Part shown: piece by piece, positions 27,523 through 36,896 of the stretch
Position numbering within the stretch: position 1 is the stretch's first letter
Layout: each line of letters begins with the position of its first letter
NCBI GenBank assembly: GCA_003222135.1
Contig: QHUM01000039.1
Span: 139,115 to 203,114, forward strand
Origin: Gemmatimonadota bacterium
GTDB taxonomy: Bacteria > Gemmatimonadota > Gemmatimonadetes > Gemmatimonadales > GWC2-71-9
DNA length: 64,000 nt
Direction: 5' to 3'
Notes under the pieces: model-generated
Told to the model about the DNA's origin: nothing
The model's input: only the letters and a program-made list of their open reading frames with translations
The model's database searches: none
Translations under genes and position numbers: made by a program

Positions 27523-30063
27523 ATGCCGGTGGCTGTTTCCATGCTCGCCCTCATGGTCGTCGTGCAGGCGAACGGCAGCAGCGCCGAGACGGCGCCGGCT
27601 CGGACGCCTCCACCCACGGCGAACAGTGTCGTCGCCCGGCGGGCCATGCGCGCGGTCGTCATCGACGGTAAGGACGATGACGCGGTGTGGCGCGAGGCAC
27701 CGGCGATCACGGCGTTTCGCGAGTTCTCGCCGCGCGAGGATGGGCCCCCCCGATTTCCCACGGAAGCCAAGGTCGCCTACGACGACCACAACTTCTACGC
27801 CTTCATCCGCGCCTTCGATCCGCATCCCGACAGCATCCTGAAGATTCTCGCCCGCCGCGACGTCCGCGCGCCCACCGACCAGATCAAGATCGTCATCGAC
27901 TCCTACCACGACCGGCGCACCGGGTACGAGTTCGCGGTAAACCCCGGTGGGGTGAAGCGCGATTATGCGATCTACAACGACAACAACGAGGACGATGCGT
28001 GGGACGGGGTGTGGGAGGTGGCGACGACCGTGGACTCGCTCGGCTGGACCGCGGAGTTCCGGATTCCGCTGTCGCAGCTGCGATACGCCCACGCCGATAC
28101 CAACACCTTTGGCTTCGCGGTGTGGCGCGACATTCAGCGCTACACCGAGCGGGTCAGCTGGCCGGTATACCGGCAATCCCAATCGGGGTTCGCTTCCCAG
28201 CTCGGGGATGTGACGGGTCTGGTGGGACTGCCGGCGCCGCGCCGGCTGGAAGTCGCGCCGTACATGGTGACGAAAAACGTCTCAGTGCCCGTGGGCCCCG
28301 GGTTCGACCGTTCCCAAAAGCTCACCGCGGGCGCGGACCTGAAGTATGGGCTCACGTCCAACGTGACACTCGACGCAACGGTCAACCCCGACTTCGGGCA
28401 GGTCGAGGCGGATCCCGCGGTCTTGAACCTCACGGCCTTCGAGACGTTCTTCCAGGAACGGCGCCCGTTCTTCGTCGCGGGAACGGGTGTCTTCCGCTTC
28501 GACGTCAACTGCAGCCAGGTGAATTGCAATGGGGAGCGGTTGTTCTATTCACGCCGCATCGGGCGGGCGCCCGAGCTCCCCGGGAACGACCCGGGCTCGC
28601 CCATCGCCACCACCATCTACGGCGCAGCAAAGGTGACCGGCCGGCTGCCGGGTGGTCAGACCGTGGGCGTGCTCGACGCCATCACGCAGCGCGCCACGGG
28701 GAGCTCCGATCGCACCACCGAGCCCGCCACCAACTATGCGGTGCTGCGCGGGCAGCAGGATTTCCGCAAGGGACAGAGCGGCGTCGGCGTGATGTTCACG
28801 GCGGTGAACCGCAGTCTCGACCCGCTGACCGACGGCGGGCTGCGCCACAGCGCCTATGTTGGCGCGGTGGACTTTCGGCACCGGTTCCTGGGGAGCCGCT
28901 ATCAGGTCTCGGGCTCGCTCGACCTGAGCCACGTGACGGGCACCGCGGCGGCCATCACGGCGACGCAGCGCGACGCGGTGCACTACTACCAGCGGCCGGA
29001 CGCCGGCCTCCCCTTCGACTCGACCAGGACCTCACTGGCGGGCGACGCGGAAGAGCTGCTCTTCGGCAAAGTGGGCGGAGGGATAACCCGGTTCGAGACG
29101 AGCTATCAGCGGCGGTCCCCGGGCTTCGAGGTGAACGACCTCGGCTTTCTGCTGCGGGCCGACCAGCAGAGCTGGAATACCTGGTTCGGAGTGCAGTCGC
29201 TCCATCCGAGCTCGCTGTATCAGACCGCGTTCTGGAACTTCAACTGGTGGCAATTCTGGACGGGAGCGGGGCTGCCGGTCGAGCGCGCCGCCAACACCAA
29301 CGTCCACGTCCAGCTCAACAACCGGTGGTGGCTGCATGCCGGCACGACATTGGGTCACCTCGCCCCGACCTTCGACGACCGTCGGGCTCGCGGGGGCCCC
29401 GCCGTGCGGGTCGATCCGATCGTCTCATCCTGGGCGGAGTGGGACGGGGACAGCCGGCCGGCTGTGGTGCCTGCCCTGTGGACGAACTATTGGCGTGGGG
29501 ACGGCGGCCGGTCTGAATCGGTCAACCTGGGCTCGCAGGTGTCGGTCCGCATCGCGTCGCAGTTCAACACGACGATCGGCGTGAGCGTTACCCACAACAT
29601 CGACAACACCCAGCCGTTCTCTCCCGTCACGGACTCCGCCGGCACCACACACTACCCCCTGGCCCACCTGGACCAGAAGACCTTGTCGCTCACCGGGCGG
29701 GTCGATTACACCATAACGCCCGACTTGACGCTCCAGATCTATGCCCAGCCGTTCGTGAGCAAGGGCACGTATTCGAACGCGCGCGAGCTCGCCAATCCGC
29801 GCGCCGCGGCGTACGACGACCGGTTCAAGCCGTACAGCGGCACGCTCGCCAGTGGGTTCAATTTCAAGCAGTTCAATTCCAACGTCGTGTTGCGTTGGGA
29901 GTATCGGCCCGGCTCGACCCTGTTCGTTGTCTGGACGCAAGGGCGGAACGACTTCCTCCGGGCGACAGGAACGCAGTCGCTCGCCGGTGACTTTGGCGAC
30001 CTCTTCACGCTCCACCCCAATAACACCTTCCTCGTGAAAGCGTCGTACTGGCTGAACTGGTGA
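27523..30063 (+). CDS. DUF5916 / CBM9-like outer-membrane protein
   Basis: It has a signal-like N-terminus. IDGKDDDAVWREAPAITAFREFSPREDG...AKVAYDDHNFYAFIRAFDP matches the CBM9-like head of DUF5916 proteins. A long beta-rich body ends in an aromatic residue (YWLNW). Confidence 0.8.
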   Translation: MPVAVSMLALMVVVQANGSSAETAPARTPPPTANSVVARRAMRAVVIDGKDDDAVWREAPAITAFREFSPREDGPPRFPTEAKVAYDDHNFYAFIRAFDPHPDSILKILARRDVRAPTDQIKIVIDSYHDRRTGYEFAVNPGGVKRDYAIYNDNNEDDAWDGVWEVATTVDSLGWTAEFRIPLSQLRYAHADTNTFGFAVWRDIQRYTERVSWPVYRQSQSGFASQLGDVTGLVGLPAPRRLEVAPYMVTKNVSVPVGPGFDRSQKLTAGADLKYGLTSNVTLDATVNPDFGQVEADPAVLNLTAFETFFQERRPFFVAGTGVFRFDVNCSQVNCNGERLFYSRRIGRAPELPGNDPGSPIATTIYGAAKVTGRLPGGQTVGVLDAITQRATGSSDRTTEPATNYAVLRGQQDFRKGQSGVGVMFTAVNRSLDPLTDGGLRHSAYVGAVDFRHRFLGSRYQVSGSLDLSHVTGTAAAITATQRDAVHYYQRPDAGLPFDSTRTSLAGDAEELLFGKVGGGITRFETSYQRRSPGFEVNDLGFLLRADQQSWNTWFGVQSLHPSSLYQTAFWNFNWWQFWTGAGLPVERAANTNVHVQLNNRWWLHAGTTLGHLAPTFDDRRARGGPAVRVDPIVSSWAEWDGDSRPAVVPALWTNYWRGDGGRSESVNLGSQVSVRIASQFNTTIGVSVTHNIDNTQPFSPVTDSAGTTHYPLAHLDQKTLSLTGRVDYTITPDLTLQIYAQPFVSKGTYSNARELANPRAAAYDDRFKPYSGTLASGFNFKQFNSNVVLRWEYRPGSTLFVVWTQGRNDFLRATGTQSLAGDFGDLFTLHPNNTFLVKASYWLNW

Positions 30064-30143
30064 CGGCCGGGCTGCGCCCGGCTACTATCGCTCCACCGAG
30101 GGGCGGAATTATCGTTTAACGCACATCTCCCACTTCCCAGCTC

Positions 30144-33100
30144 ATGCGCGGACTGGCTCGCGGGCTCCGGTGGTGGTCGGTCGCCTGGCTGGTCGTCGCC
30201 GGCTCGGCACCGCTCATCGCTCAGCAGACGGCCGGCAGGATCGACGGCACGGTGATGGATCCGGCCGGCTCACCCCTGGCCGGCGCCCAGGTGTCGCTCG
30301 TCGGTACCTCGTTTCGCCAGCTGAGCGGGGTCCACGGCACGTACTCCATCGACCACGTGCCGGCTGGCGCCTACACGCTGCGGGTGCAGTTCGCCGCCTA
30401 TCCCACGACCGACGTGACCGCCGTCCGAGTGCATGCCGGGGAGATCGTCGTCACAGACGTCCGCATCGGTCAGGCGGCGCTCGCTCCACCGCCAGCGCTA
30501 GCGCGCGGCCTCACGACCTCCAGAACGATCATCGAGGGAACGTCGTTCTCTGACCTCCCCGTGACCGACCCGCGGGACGTGCTCGCTCTCCAGCCGGGCG
30601 TCTTCCCGACAGCCGATCAAACGGGGCTCTCGATCCATGGCGGTGCAGCAGCGGTCTACATCGATGGCGCGCTCGTCCGCCGGCTGGATCTCGGCACCAA
30701 CGCGATCGAAGAAGCCTCGGTGACTACGGGTGCCGTCGGTGTGGAGGCCGGGGACGCGCAGTCGGGACTCGTGTCGTTCGTCACGCCGGCGGGAGGCCGG
30801 CAATGGCGGGGCACGCTGCGGTACCGCACGGACGACGTCGGCTTCGACGCCTGGCGGAACGTGGGGCTGCATCGCCTCGAGGCGAGCGCCGGCGGCCCGG
30901 TGCGGGGCAAGCTCACCTTCTTCACGGCTCTTACCCTGAACGGGCAAATGTCGCTCGAGACCGAGCAGCACCGCGACGTCCAGGCGCCCGTCTACGTGAT
31001 GGACGGCGTCGATACGGTCGTGCATCAGCCCAGAACATGGGGCGACGCCAACACCGACACTGCCCTCGTGGCACTTCCCCGCTTCGTGCAGTACAGCGGA
31101 TACTGTGATCCGTCGGGGAACTACGGTGCGTCATGCCAGGGCTTGCGGGTGCCCTTTACAGCCACGGGATCGTACGCCTGGCAGGGCAAGCTGCAGCACA
31201 GCTACGGCACCGGGTCCTGGCTGAGCCTGACCGGTCTCGCCAGCCAGTCGCAGCAGCGGGACTTCCCGGGGGTGAATCTCTATAACTCCGGCGCCTATAC
31301 GGGCACGAGCGTGCGCAGCCGCGCCGCGATTCTCAATTGGACGCAGCATCTCCGACAGCTGGGCGCCGGGCCGGTTGCACTGCAGATGAACCTGTCATAC
31401 CAGCTCGATCAGGCGATCACCGGCCCGCTGACGCGCCAGTCGGAGCTCGACACGCGCAGCCCGTTCGGCGGCTTTCTCGTGAAGCCCTTGAGCTACCTGT
31501 TCGACTTCCACTACCGGCACGACGTGCGCATCAAGGATTCGACGTACCAGAGCGTCGGGCTGCTGGACGATCGGCAGATCCGCTGTATCCAGGCCAACGA
31601 AGGAGCGTGCCAGGACGACGTGCCGCTCCTGAACCGGGGCGACCTCGACCTCGTACAGCCGTACAGGATGAACCCGTACGGCGCAGAGCAAAGCCCCCGT
31701 TTCCCGCTCTGGACACAAGGCGTGGTCGGGGACATCGATCTGGCGCGCGAAGCGCGCTGGCAGGCACGGGCCGCCCTCGACTGGCGGCCGAATCGCGTCC
31801 ACGACGTCAAGCTGGGCGGCGAATTTCATCGCATCGACACGCGACGCTATAACGCGAGTGCCGGCCCCATTTCGGCGTTCGGCATCAACGCGTATCACGA
31901 GACCCCAATCCGTTACGGAGCCTACGTAGAAGACCGCCTCGAATTGGGAGAATTGGTGATCCTGGGCGGGCTGCGGTACGACTACTACGACTCGCACGCC
32001 AAATATCCCTACACGCCGGGGCGGATCTCGACCGATTCGGGGTCGTTCAACCCCTACCGGCCGGACGCAAAGTTCTACCCGGCGCCGAGTCACAGCGCCG
32101 TGAGCCCGCAGATTCAGGTGTCGTTGTCCCTGGGAAATCGCTCGGCGGTGCGGGCGTCCTACGGACGGCAGGTGCGCGTACCCGACCTGAGCCTGCTCTT
32201 CCTGGGTAAGAACACGGACCTCTCGGTGACGAATCGCTCCCAGATCTACGGCCGGGATCTCGATTTCCTGAAGAGCGGGATCATGGAGCTGGGCGCGCGG
32301 CACGCGATCGGTGAGGACCTGGTGCTGGACGTCGCGCTCTACGACCAGACCAGGCCCTCGGAGATCGTGGGGCGGCTCGTCCAGCTCCCTGACCCGGCGA
32401 CCGGCGGGTCCACTGGCGACTTCTGGATCTTCACCGATGCGGGTTTCCCGCACACCCTCGGCATCGACGTGAGGCTCGACCAGCGGTTCTCGAATCTCTT
32501 CTCGGGATCCGCGGCTTACTCGTACCAGCGTGTGGGCTTCGCGCCTCAAGGCACAGGCGGCGACACACTGCGGATCCCGAGACACGTGATCGCAGGTTGG
32601 GGCGCACTGACCTTTCCGGACGGGTGGCGCCGCGGCACGCCCCTGGGCGCGATGCTCCAGAATGCCGGCGTGTTCGTGACCTTCCGCGTCGCGAGCGGCG
32701 GGCATTACACGCGCGTGTTCCCGCAAGCGGCGGGCTATACGATCGACGATCCAGGCGGATCCTTCGTAGAGCAGCTCAACGCGTCCGCGCTCCCGTGGTT
32801 CAAGACCATCGACGTGCGCGTCACACGCGGCTTGAAGCTCGGTCGCTACGAGGCGACGGCGTTCGCCGAATCGCGCAACCTCCTCAACTTCACGAACGTG
32901 CTGAACGTCTTCACCGAGGTGGGCGGCGTCGATTATCCGGACCTGCGCGCGCGCTACGCCGCCGAGCAGGTCACGCTGCTCAGGAGTGAGGCGGCGGCCG
33001 CCGGCGCCCTGGTGGGTGACGCGGTCGACTTCAACCTGCTCGGCAGTTGCCGGAACTGGCAGGGCCGCAACTCCGGCAACTTCGCCAGCGGTCCCGTGGA

Positions 33101-33269
33101 CTGCGTGCTGCTCGAGCGGGCCGAGCAGCGCTTCGGCAACGGGGACGGCGTGTTTACCGCGTCGGAGTACACGAAAGCGTTCACCGCGTGGTACGACGTC
33201 GCAAACGCTCCCTACCGCTTCTACGGGCCGGGCCGGCGGATTCGCGTCGGCCTCGAGGTCGCTTTCTAG
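30144..33269 (+). CDS. TonB-dependent-receptor-like outer-membrane protein with a carboxypeptidase-regulatory-like N-domain
   Basis: A signal peptide is followed by GRIDGTVMDPAGSPLAGAQVSLVGT...GTYSIDHVPAGAYTLRV (CarboxypepD_reg-like). A roughly 900-aa beta-rich region ends in LEVAF (terminal Phe). Confidence 0.8.
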   Translation: MRGLARGLRWWSVAWLVVAGSAPLIAQQTAGRIDGTVMDPAGSPLAGAQVSLVGTSFRQLSGVHGTYSIDHVPAGAYTLRVQFAAYPTTDVTAVRVHAGEIVVTDVRIGQAALAPPPALARGLTTSRTIIEGTSFSDLPVTDPRDVLALQPGVFPTADQTGLSIHGGAAAVYIDGALVRRLDLGTNAIEEASVTTGAVGVEAGDAQSGLVSFVTPAGGRQWRGTLRYRTDDVGFDAWRNVGLHRLEASAGGPVRGKLTFFTALTLNGQMSLETEQHRDVQAPVYVMDGVDTVVHQPRTWGDANTDTALVALPRFVQYSGYCDPSGNYGASCQGLRVPFTATGSYAWQGKLQHSYGTGSWLSLTGLASQSQQRDFPGVNLYNSGAYTGTSVRSRAAILNWTQHLRQLGAGPVALQMNLSYQLDQAITGPLTRQSELDTRSPFGGFLVKPLSYLFDFHYRHDVRIKDSTYQSVGLLDDRQIRCIQANEGACQDDVPLLNRGDLDLVQPYRMNPYGAEQSPRFPLWTQGVVGDIDLAREARWQARAALDWRPNRVHDVKLGGEFHRIDTRRYNASAGPISAFGINAYHETPIRYGAYVEDRLELGELVILGGLRYDYYDSHAKYPYTPGRISTDSGSFNPYRPDAKFYPAPSHSAVSPQIQVSLSLGNRSAVRASYGRQVRVPDLSLLFLGKNTDLSVTNRSQIYGRDLDFLKSGIMELGARHAIGEDLVLDVALYDQTRPSEIVGRLVQLPDPATGGSTGDFWIFTDAGFPHTLGIDVRLDQRFSNLFSGSAAYSYQRVGFAPQGTGGDTLRIPRHVIAGWGALTFPDGWRRGTPLGAMLQNAGVFVTFRVASGGHYTRVFPQAAGYTIDDPGGSFVEQLNASALPWFKTIDVRVTRGLKLGRYEATAFAESRNLLNFTNVLNVFTEVGGVDYPDLRARYAAEQVTLLRSEAAAAGALVGDAVDFNLLGSCRNWQGRNSGNFASGPVDCVLLERAEQRFGNGDGVFTASEYTKAFTAWYDVANAPYRFYGPGRRIRVGLEVAF

Positions 33270-33856
33270 GCCCGGACTCCCTCCAGCACCAGCTTCACGG
33301 CGGCCTCCTTCCAGCGCTCGCGCAGCGCGGGCTCGTCGGCGCCGAGTGGCGGCGCGCTCGCGGCGATCAGCGACTCGAGCCCGAGATACGCGACCATGAG
33401 GACGAGCGCCTGCGCCGCCGCCAGGTGGGGATCGACGTCGTCCCGCACCTGTCCCAGCCCCTGGCCTTCCGCGAGCAGGATGACCAGGCGCTTGATGGCG
33501 GGCGCGAACGGTCGCGCGTCGGATCGGCCGGCTTGCGTGAGCAGCGTGACGAGGTCGGGATGGGCGGCGAGAAAGTCGAACTGCGCCGCCAGCGCCGTGG
33601 CGATGCGATCGAGCGGTCCGTTCCCGGCGACGGCGAGCGAGGCGAGCGCCTGCTCCAGCTCGGCGGCCCCGCGCGTGAGCACCGCATTGAACAACCCGCG
33701 CTTGGAATGGAAGTAGTAGAACAGCAGCTGCTTGTTGACCCCAGCGCGCTGGGCGATTTGATCGACTCGCGCCCCGTCGAAGCCGCGTCGGGCGAACTCG
33801 TCCCGGGCGGCGGCGATGATCCGTAATGCTCTGAGATTGCTGAGCTTAGGTTTCAG
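33266..33856 (-). CDS. TetR-family transcriptional regulator (non-canonical CTG start inferred)
   Basis: The HTH region ALRIIAAARDEFARRGFDGARVDQIAQRAGVNKQLLFYYFHSKRGL lies upstream of the track start (TTG 33694). An in-frame TGA sits at 33871-33869. The only start-like codon before the HTH is CTG 33856, which overlaps the hydrolase stop (CTGA). Confidence 0.75.
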   Translation of the reverse strand: MKPKLSNLRALRIIAAARDEFARRGFDGARVDQIAQRAGVNKQLLFYYFHSKRGLFNAVLTRGAAELEQALASLAVAGNGPLDRIATALAAQFDFLAAHPDLVTLLTQAGRSDARPFAPAIKRLVILLAEGQGLGQVRDDVDPHLAAAQALVLMVAYLGLESLIAASAPPLGADEPALRERWKEAAVKLVLEGVRA

Positions 33857-34860
33857 GGTCTCACTATCTCAACCACATGGTTGATGAAATGTATACTCCC
33901 CAGCCAGGGACGCCACTCCCGGCGCAGGACGAGGTTCGCCGGCACCCGGGGCAAGCCCTCCTTCAAGAACTTAATCAACAGCCGATTCACCTCGTCCGGC
34001 GCCTCTTCCTGCACCGAGTGTCCGGCGTGCGGCACCGACAGGAACGCCGAGCGGTTGAGCTGGGCCGCCAGCGCGCGGCCCAGGGCGATGGGGATCCACC
34101 GGTCGGCCTCACCCCACAGCACCAGGGTCGGCGCTCGGATGGCTTCGAGGCGCCCCTCCAGCCCGCCGAAGTTGAACTCGCGCAACACGCCCCGCAGCGC
34201 CCGGCCGTACTCGGCCTCCGCGGCGGGCGCGTAATACTGGTCGACGTCGGATTCGGTCACCTTGCCGGGGTCGGCGTACGTCGACCTGAGGAGCCGGGCC
34301 ACGAGGCCCCGACCCCGGAACGCCAGCATCAACGGGCCCACCCCGCGCCAGCGGGCCACCCGGAACAGCACCGGTTCGCGGGTGCCGAGCCCCGCCGCCC
34401 CGATCAGGACGAGTCCGCGCACGCGCGCCGGGAAGGCGATCGCGACTTCCGCCGCGATCTCGCCCCCCATCGAGTGGCCTACCAGCACGGCGTCGGGGAG
34501 GTCCAGGGAGTCCATGAGCGCGACGACCAAGTGCGCGTAGGCGGCGTTCGTGTACCCGTGCGCCGGCTTGTCGGAGGAGCCGAATCCCAGGAGGTCGAGC
34601 GCGACGACCCGGAAACCGGCAGCCATGACCGGGGCGAGGGTCTTCCGCCAAGCGTACATCGACGCGCCGAGACCGTGGATGAAGATCACCGGCGTTCCGG
34701 TGCCGGCGTCGACGTAACGGATCCTGGCGTCACCGATCCGGACGACGTGCGCCGTGAATGGCGTTCCTGCGGGGAACCGCTCGCCGTCTGGAATCGGGGC
34801 CGTGCCGCACCCGACTTCGAGCGTCACCAGGAGCGCGACAGCCGCGTGACGGCGGATCAC
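33853..34860 (-). CDS. Alpha/beta hydrolase (lipoprotein-type signal)
   Basis: GTG 34860 overlaps the TrmB-like stop (GTGA). The N-terminus is VIRRHAAVALLVTLEVGCG. Motifs present: VIFIHGLGAS and the nucleophile elbow GHSMGG. The upstream 85 codons of the track ORF are out-of-frame overlap. Confidence 0.85.
   Translation of the reverse strand: MIRRHAAVALLVTLEVGCGTAPIPDGERFPAGTPFTAHVVRIGDARIRYVDAGTGTPVIFIHGLGASMYAWRKTLAPVMAAGFRVVALDLLGFGSSDKPAHGYTNAAYAHLVVALMDSLDLPDAVLVGHSMGGEIAAEVAIAFPARVRGLVLIGAAGLGTREPVLFRVARWRGVGPLMLAFRGRGLVARLLRSTYADPGKVTESDVDQYYAPAAEAEYGRALRGVLREFNFGGLEGRLEAIRAPTLVLWGEADRWIPIALGRALAAQLNRSAFLSVPHAGHSVQEEAPDEVNRLLIKFLKEGLPRVPANLVLRREWRPWLGSIHFINHVVEIVRP
33869..33884. promoter_or_regulatory. 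Candidate TetR operator palindrome
   Basis: TCAACCA-CA-TGGTTGA has perfect 7-bp arms. It lies in an AT-rich patch 13-28 nt upstream of the TetR CTG start, embedded in the last codons of the hydrolase gene. Confidence 0.4.
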
Positions 34861-35525
34861 GCGAGGTTGCGCAACGCGACCCGGGCGAGCGTGAGGAGGA
34901 GCGGATGGGAGCTCCACAGGGCGGTAATCTGCTCGCCCGCCCCGGCGGCGGTCAGGAGCTGGGAGTCGTCGATCAACAGCACGGTGGGGGTGGCTGCCGC
35001 GACCGAGCCTTTCAGGAGGCTCTCCCCCTCGGTATCCGCGGCTTGGCCTGCGAGCCGCACGTCGATTGTGGCCCGCGTGGCGGCGCGCCGCCAGGCGGGC
35101 AGGGTGGGGCGCCACAGCTCCGCGCCGACGATGCCCTGGATGCTCCCCGTCGCCCGGGCGACGAGCTGTTGCATCACGTTCGCGACGGCTCGCGCACCGC
35201 CCACGGTCCGGGTCTCGGGCTCAGCGGGGTGGCTCGCGTCCTGGAGCGCGTGGCTCAGCCGGTCGAGCGCCTCGCCCTGTTCGGCGGCGAGTCGGGCGAG
35301 CAGCGCTCGCGGGTCGGCGGGGCGATACTGGGCCGGGCGGCCGGCTGCGCGCTGCGCGGCGCCCCGACTGACGAGGCCTTCGAGCGCGCCGTAGGCGTTG
35401 GCACGGGCGAGCCGGGTCGCGCGGCCGACGCCGTACCCGGTCGCGGGGCCGAGGCGCAGCAACGCCGAGTACACGACCGACTCGGTGGCGGTGAACCCGA
35501 ACGGGGTGAGGTCGACAGTCGCCAT
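34857..35525 (-). CDS. TrmB-family HTH transcriptional regulator
   Basis: The N-terminus FGFTATESVVYSALLRLGPATGYGVGRATRLARANAYGALEGLVSRG matches the TrmB winged-helix pattern. Confidence 0.75.
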   Translation of the reverse strand: MATVDLTPFGFTATESVVYSALLRLGPATGYGVGRATRLARANAYGALEGLVSRGAAQRAAGRPAQYRPADPRALLARLAAEQGEALDRLSHALQDASHPAEPETRTVGGARAVANVMQQLVARATGSIQGIVGAELWRPTLPAWRRAATRATIDVRLAGQAADTEGESLLKGSVAAATPTVLLIDDSQLLTAAGAGEQITALWSSHPLLLTLARVALRNLA

Positions 35526-35528
35526 ACA

Positions 35529-35548
35529 GTAGTAGTACTTACTACTAC
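35529..35548. promoter_or_regulatory. Candidate operator: AT-rich perfect palindrome directly upstream of the TrmB-like start
   Basis: GTAGTAGTA-CT-TACTACTAC has 9-bp perfect arms. It ends 3 nt upstream of ATG 35525 and stands out against the GC-rich background. Confidence 0.45.
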
Positions 35549-35593
35549 CTAACGCGCGCCGCTACCGCAAGGTGCTGACTGCTGCTGGGGTGC

Positions 35594-36709
35594 TCACACG
35601 ATCTCGACGGGAAGCCCCATCAGCCGCGCGATCAGCGCCAGCCGGAACGTCACGTCGGTCTGCCGCTGCGCGGGGCTCTTGCCCGGCCCTTCCAGCGGGA
35701 AGTAATGGGCCGTGACGGGGTTGATCGCCTTGGGCAGGGTGCGCAAGCTCTTCGGGCTCCAGATCCCCTGTTCGTCGCACTCGTTGAATAGACGGGCCAG
35801 CACGCGGCTGGCGCTGGGGATATTGCGCACCAGCCCGAGCCGGGTCAGGAGCTCGAGCCAGTACAGGGCGAACGGAACGTCGCTGATGTGGCCCTGGGCG
35901 TCGGAGCGTAAGGGGTCGCCCAGCAGCTCGAAGATCGGCTTGAACAGCTTCTTCCCTGCCAGGATGAAAAACGCCCGCCGCGGCGCCGGCGTGGAGAAGT
36001 AGTGCCCTAGCCGCTCGATGAATCCGGCACGCTCCCGCTGCACCGGCGGCAGGAAGGCGAGCATCTCGATCGAGAACACCGTGGGAGGGTAGGCCCCGGG
36101 CTCGAGCACGGTCTTGCCTTGCGCCTTCTTGAACGGCTTCGCCGCGAGCTCGCTTCGCAGGTATTGGGAGATATTGCTGGCGATCGTGTGCGCCGTCCCG
36201 CGCACCCGCGGGTCGTCGATGTGCCCGGCGCGCGCGAGGGCGCACGCCGCCGCCTCCCGGCCGAGCCGCCGCGCCCAGTGCCCCAGCCCCGGGTCGGACT
36301 TCGCGGCCTTGTGATACTCGATCAACAGCTCCTGCGCCCGTTGGGCTACCACACGGTCGGGGTCGTCCGGCTCGATGCGCGACAGCAGCTGGAATAACAA
36401 GCGGTCCGCCAGTCGGAACGGCCGCTCGGTGGGGGGCCACCCCAGCTCGATCAGGCGCCGGTACTGGTAGACCGTGCCCGGCTCGCTCCAGCCGTGCGCC
36501 TTCGAGGCGACCGGCCCCAGCAGGTTACCTCCCCACAGCCCCGTGGGCCTCTGCTTGCGCGCGATCGCCTGAGCGACCTTGTACTGGAGCACCGCGTGGC
36601 GCAGCGCGGCGAGTCGCTCCGGATCGCGGTCGCTCTCTCGCACGACTTCGGCGTACGCCCGGTACTGGAGCGGCGGGCTCGCGGCCTCGAGCAGCCAGGA
36701 TAAGGGCAA
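35594..36709 (-). CDS. Conserved-looking hypothetical protein (371 aa, helical)
   Basis: A long ORF with a TTG start at 36709. The coding-like composition is distinct from its antisense frames. I recognise no family. Confidence 0.65.
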   Translation of the reverse strand: MPLSWLLEAASPPLQYRAYAEVVRESDRDPERLAALRHAVLQYKVAQAIARKQRPTGLWGGNLLGPVASKAHGWSEPGTVYQYRRLIELGWPPTERPFRLADRLLFQLLSRIEPDDPDRVVAQRAQELLIEYHKAAKSDPGLGHWARRLGREAAACALARAGHIDDPRVRGTAHTIASNISQYLRSELAAKPFKKAQGKTVLEPGAYPPTVFSIEMLAFLPPVQRERAGFIERLGHYFSTPAPRRAFFILAGKKLFKPIFELLGDPLRSDAQGHISDVPFALYWLELLTRLGLVRNIPSASRVLARLFNECDEQGIWSPKSLRTLPKAINPVTAHYFPLEGPGKSPAQRQTDVTFRLALIARLMGLPVEIV

Positions 36710-36896
36710 CCGATGCGATGTCGGGAGTTCCAGGTGCTCGCTCCGCGGTGACGAGTGCGGCAGACCCGGCTGTCGAAAAGCGGCGCAAACCTACTCGGCG
36801 GCGTCCCAATCGGCCAGAGGCGCTCGGAGGCTGGCCCGCCCGCCATCAATAACTGCTTTTGCCACGGCGCACTAGACGCGCCGCAATCGATTGTAC

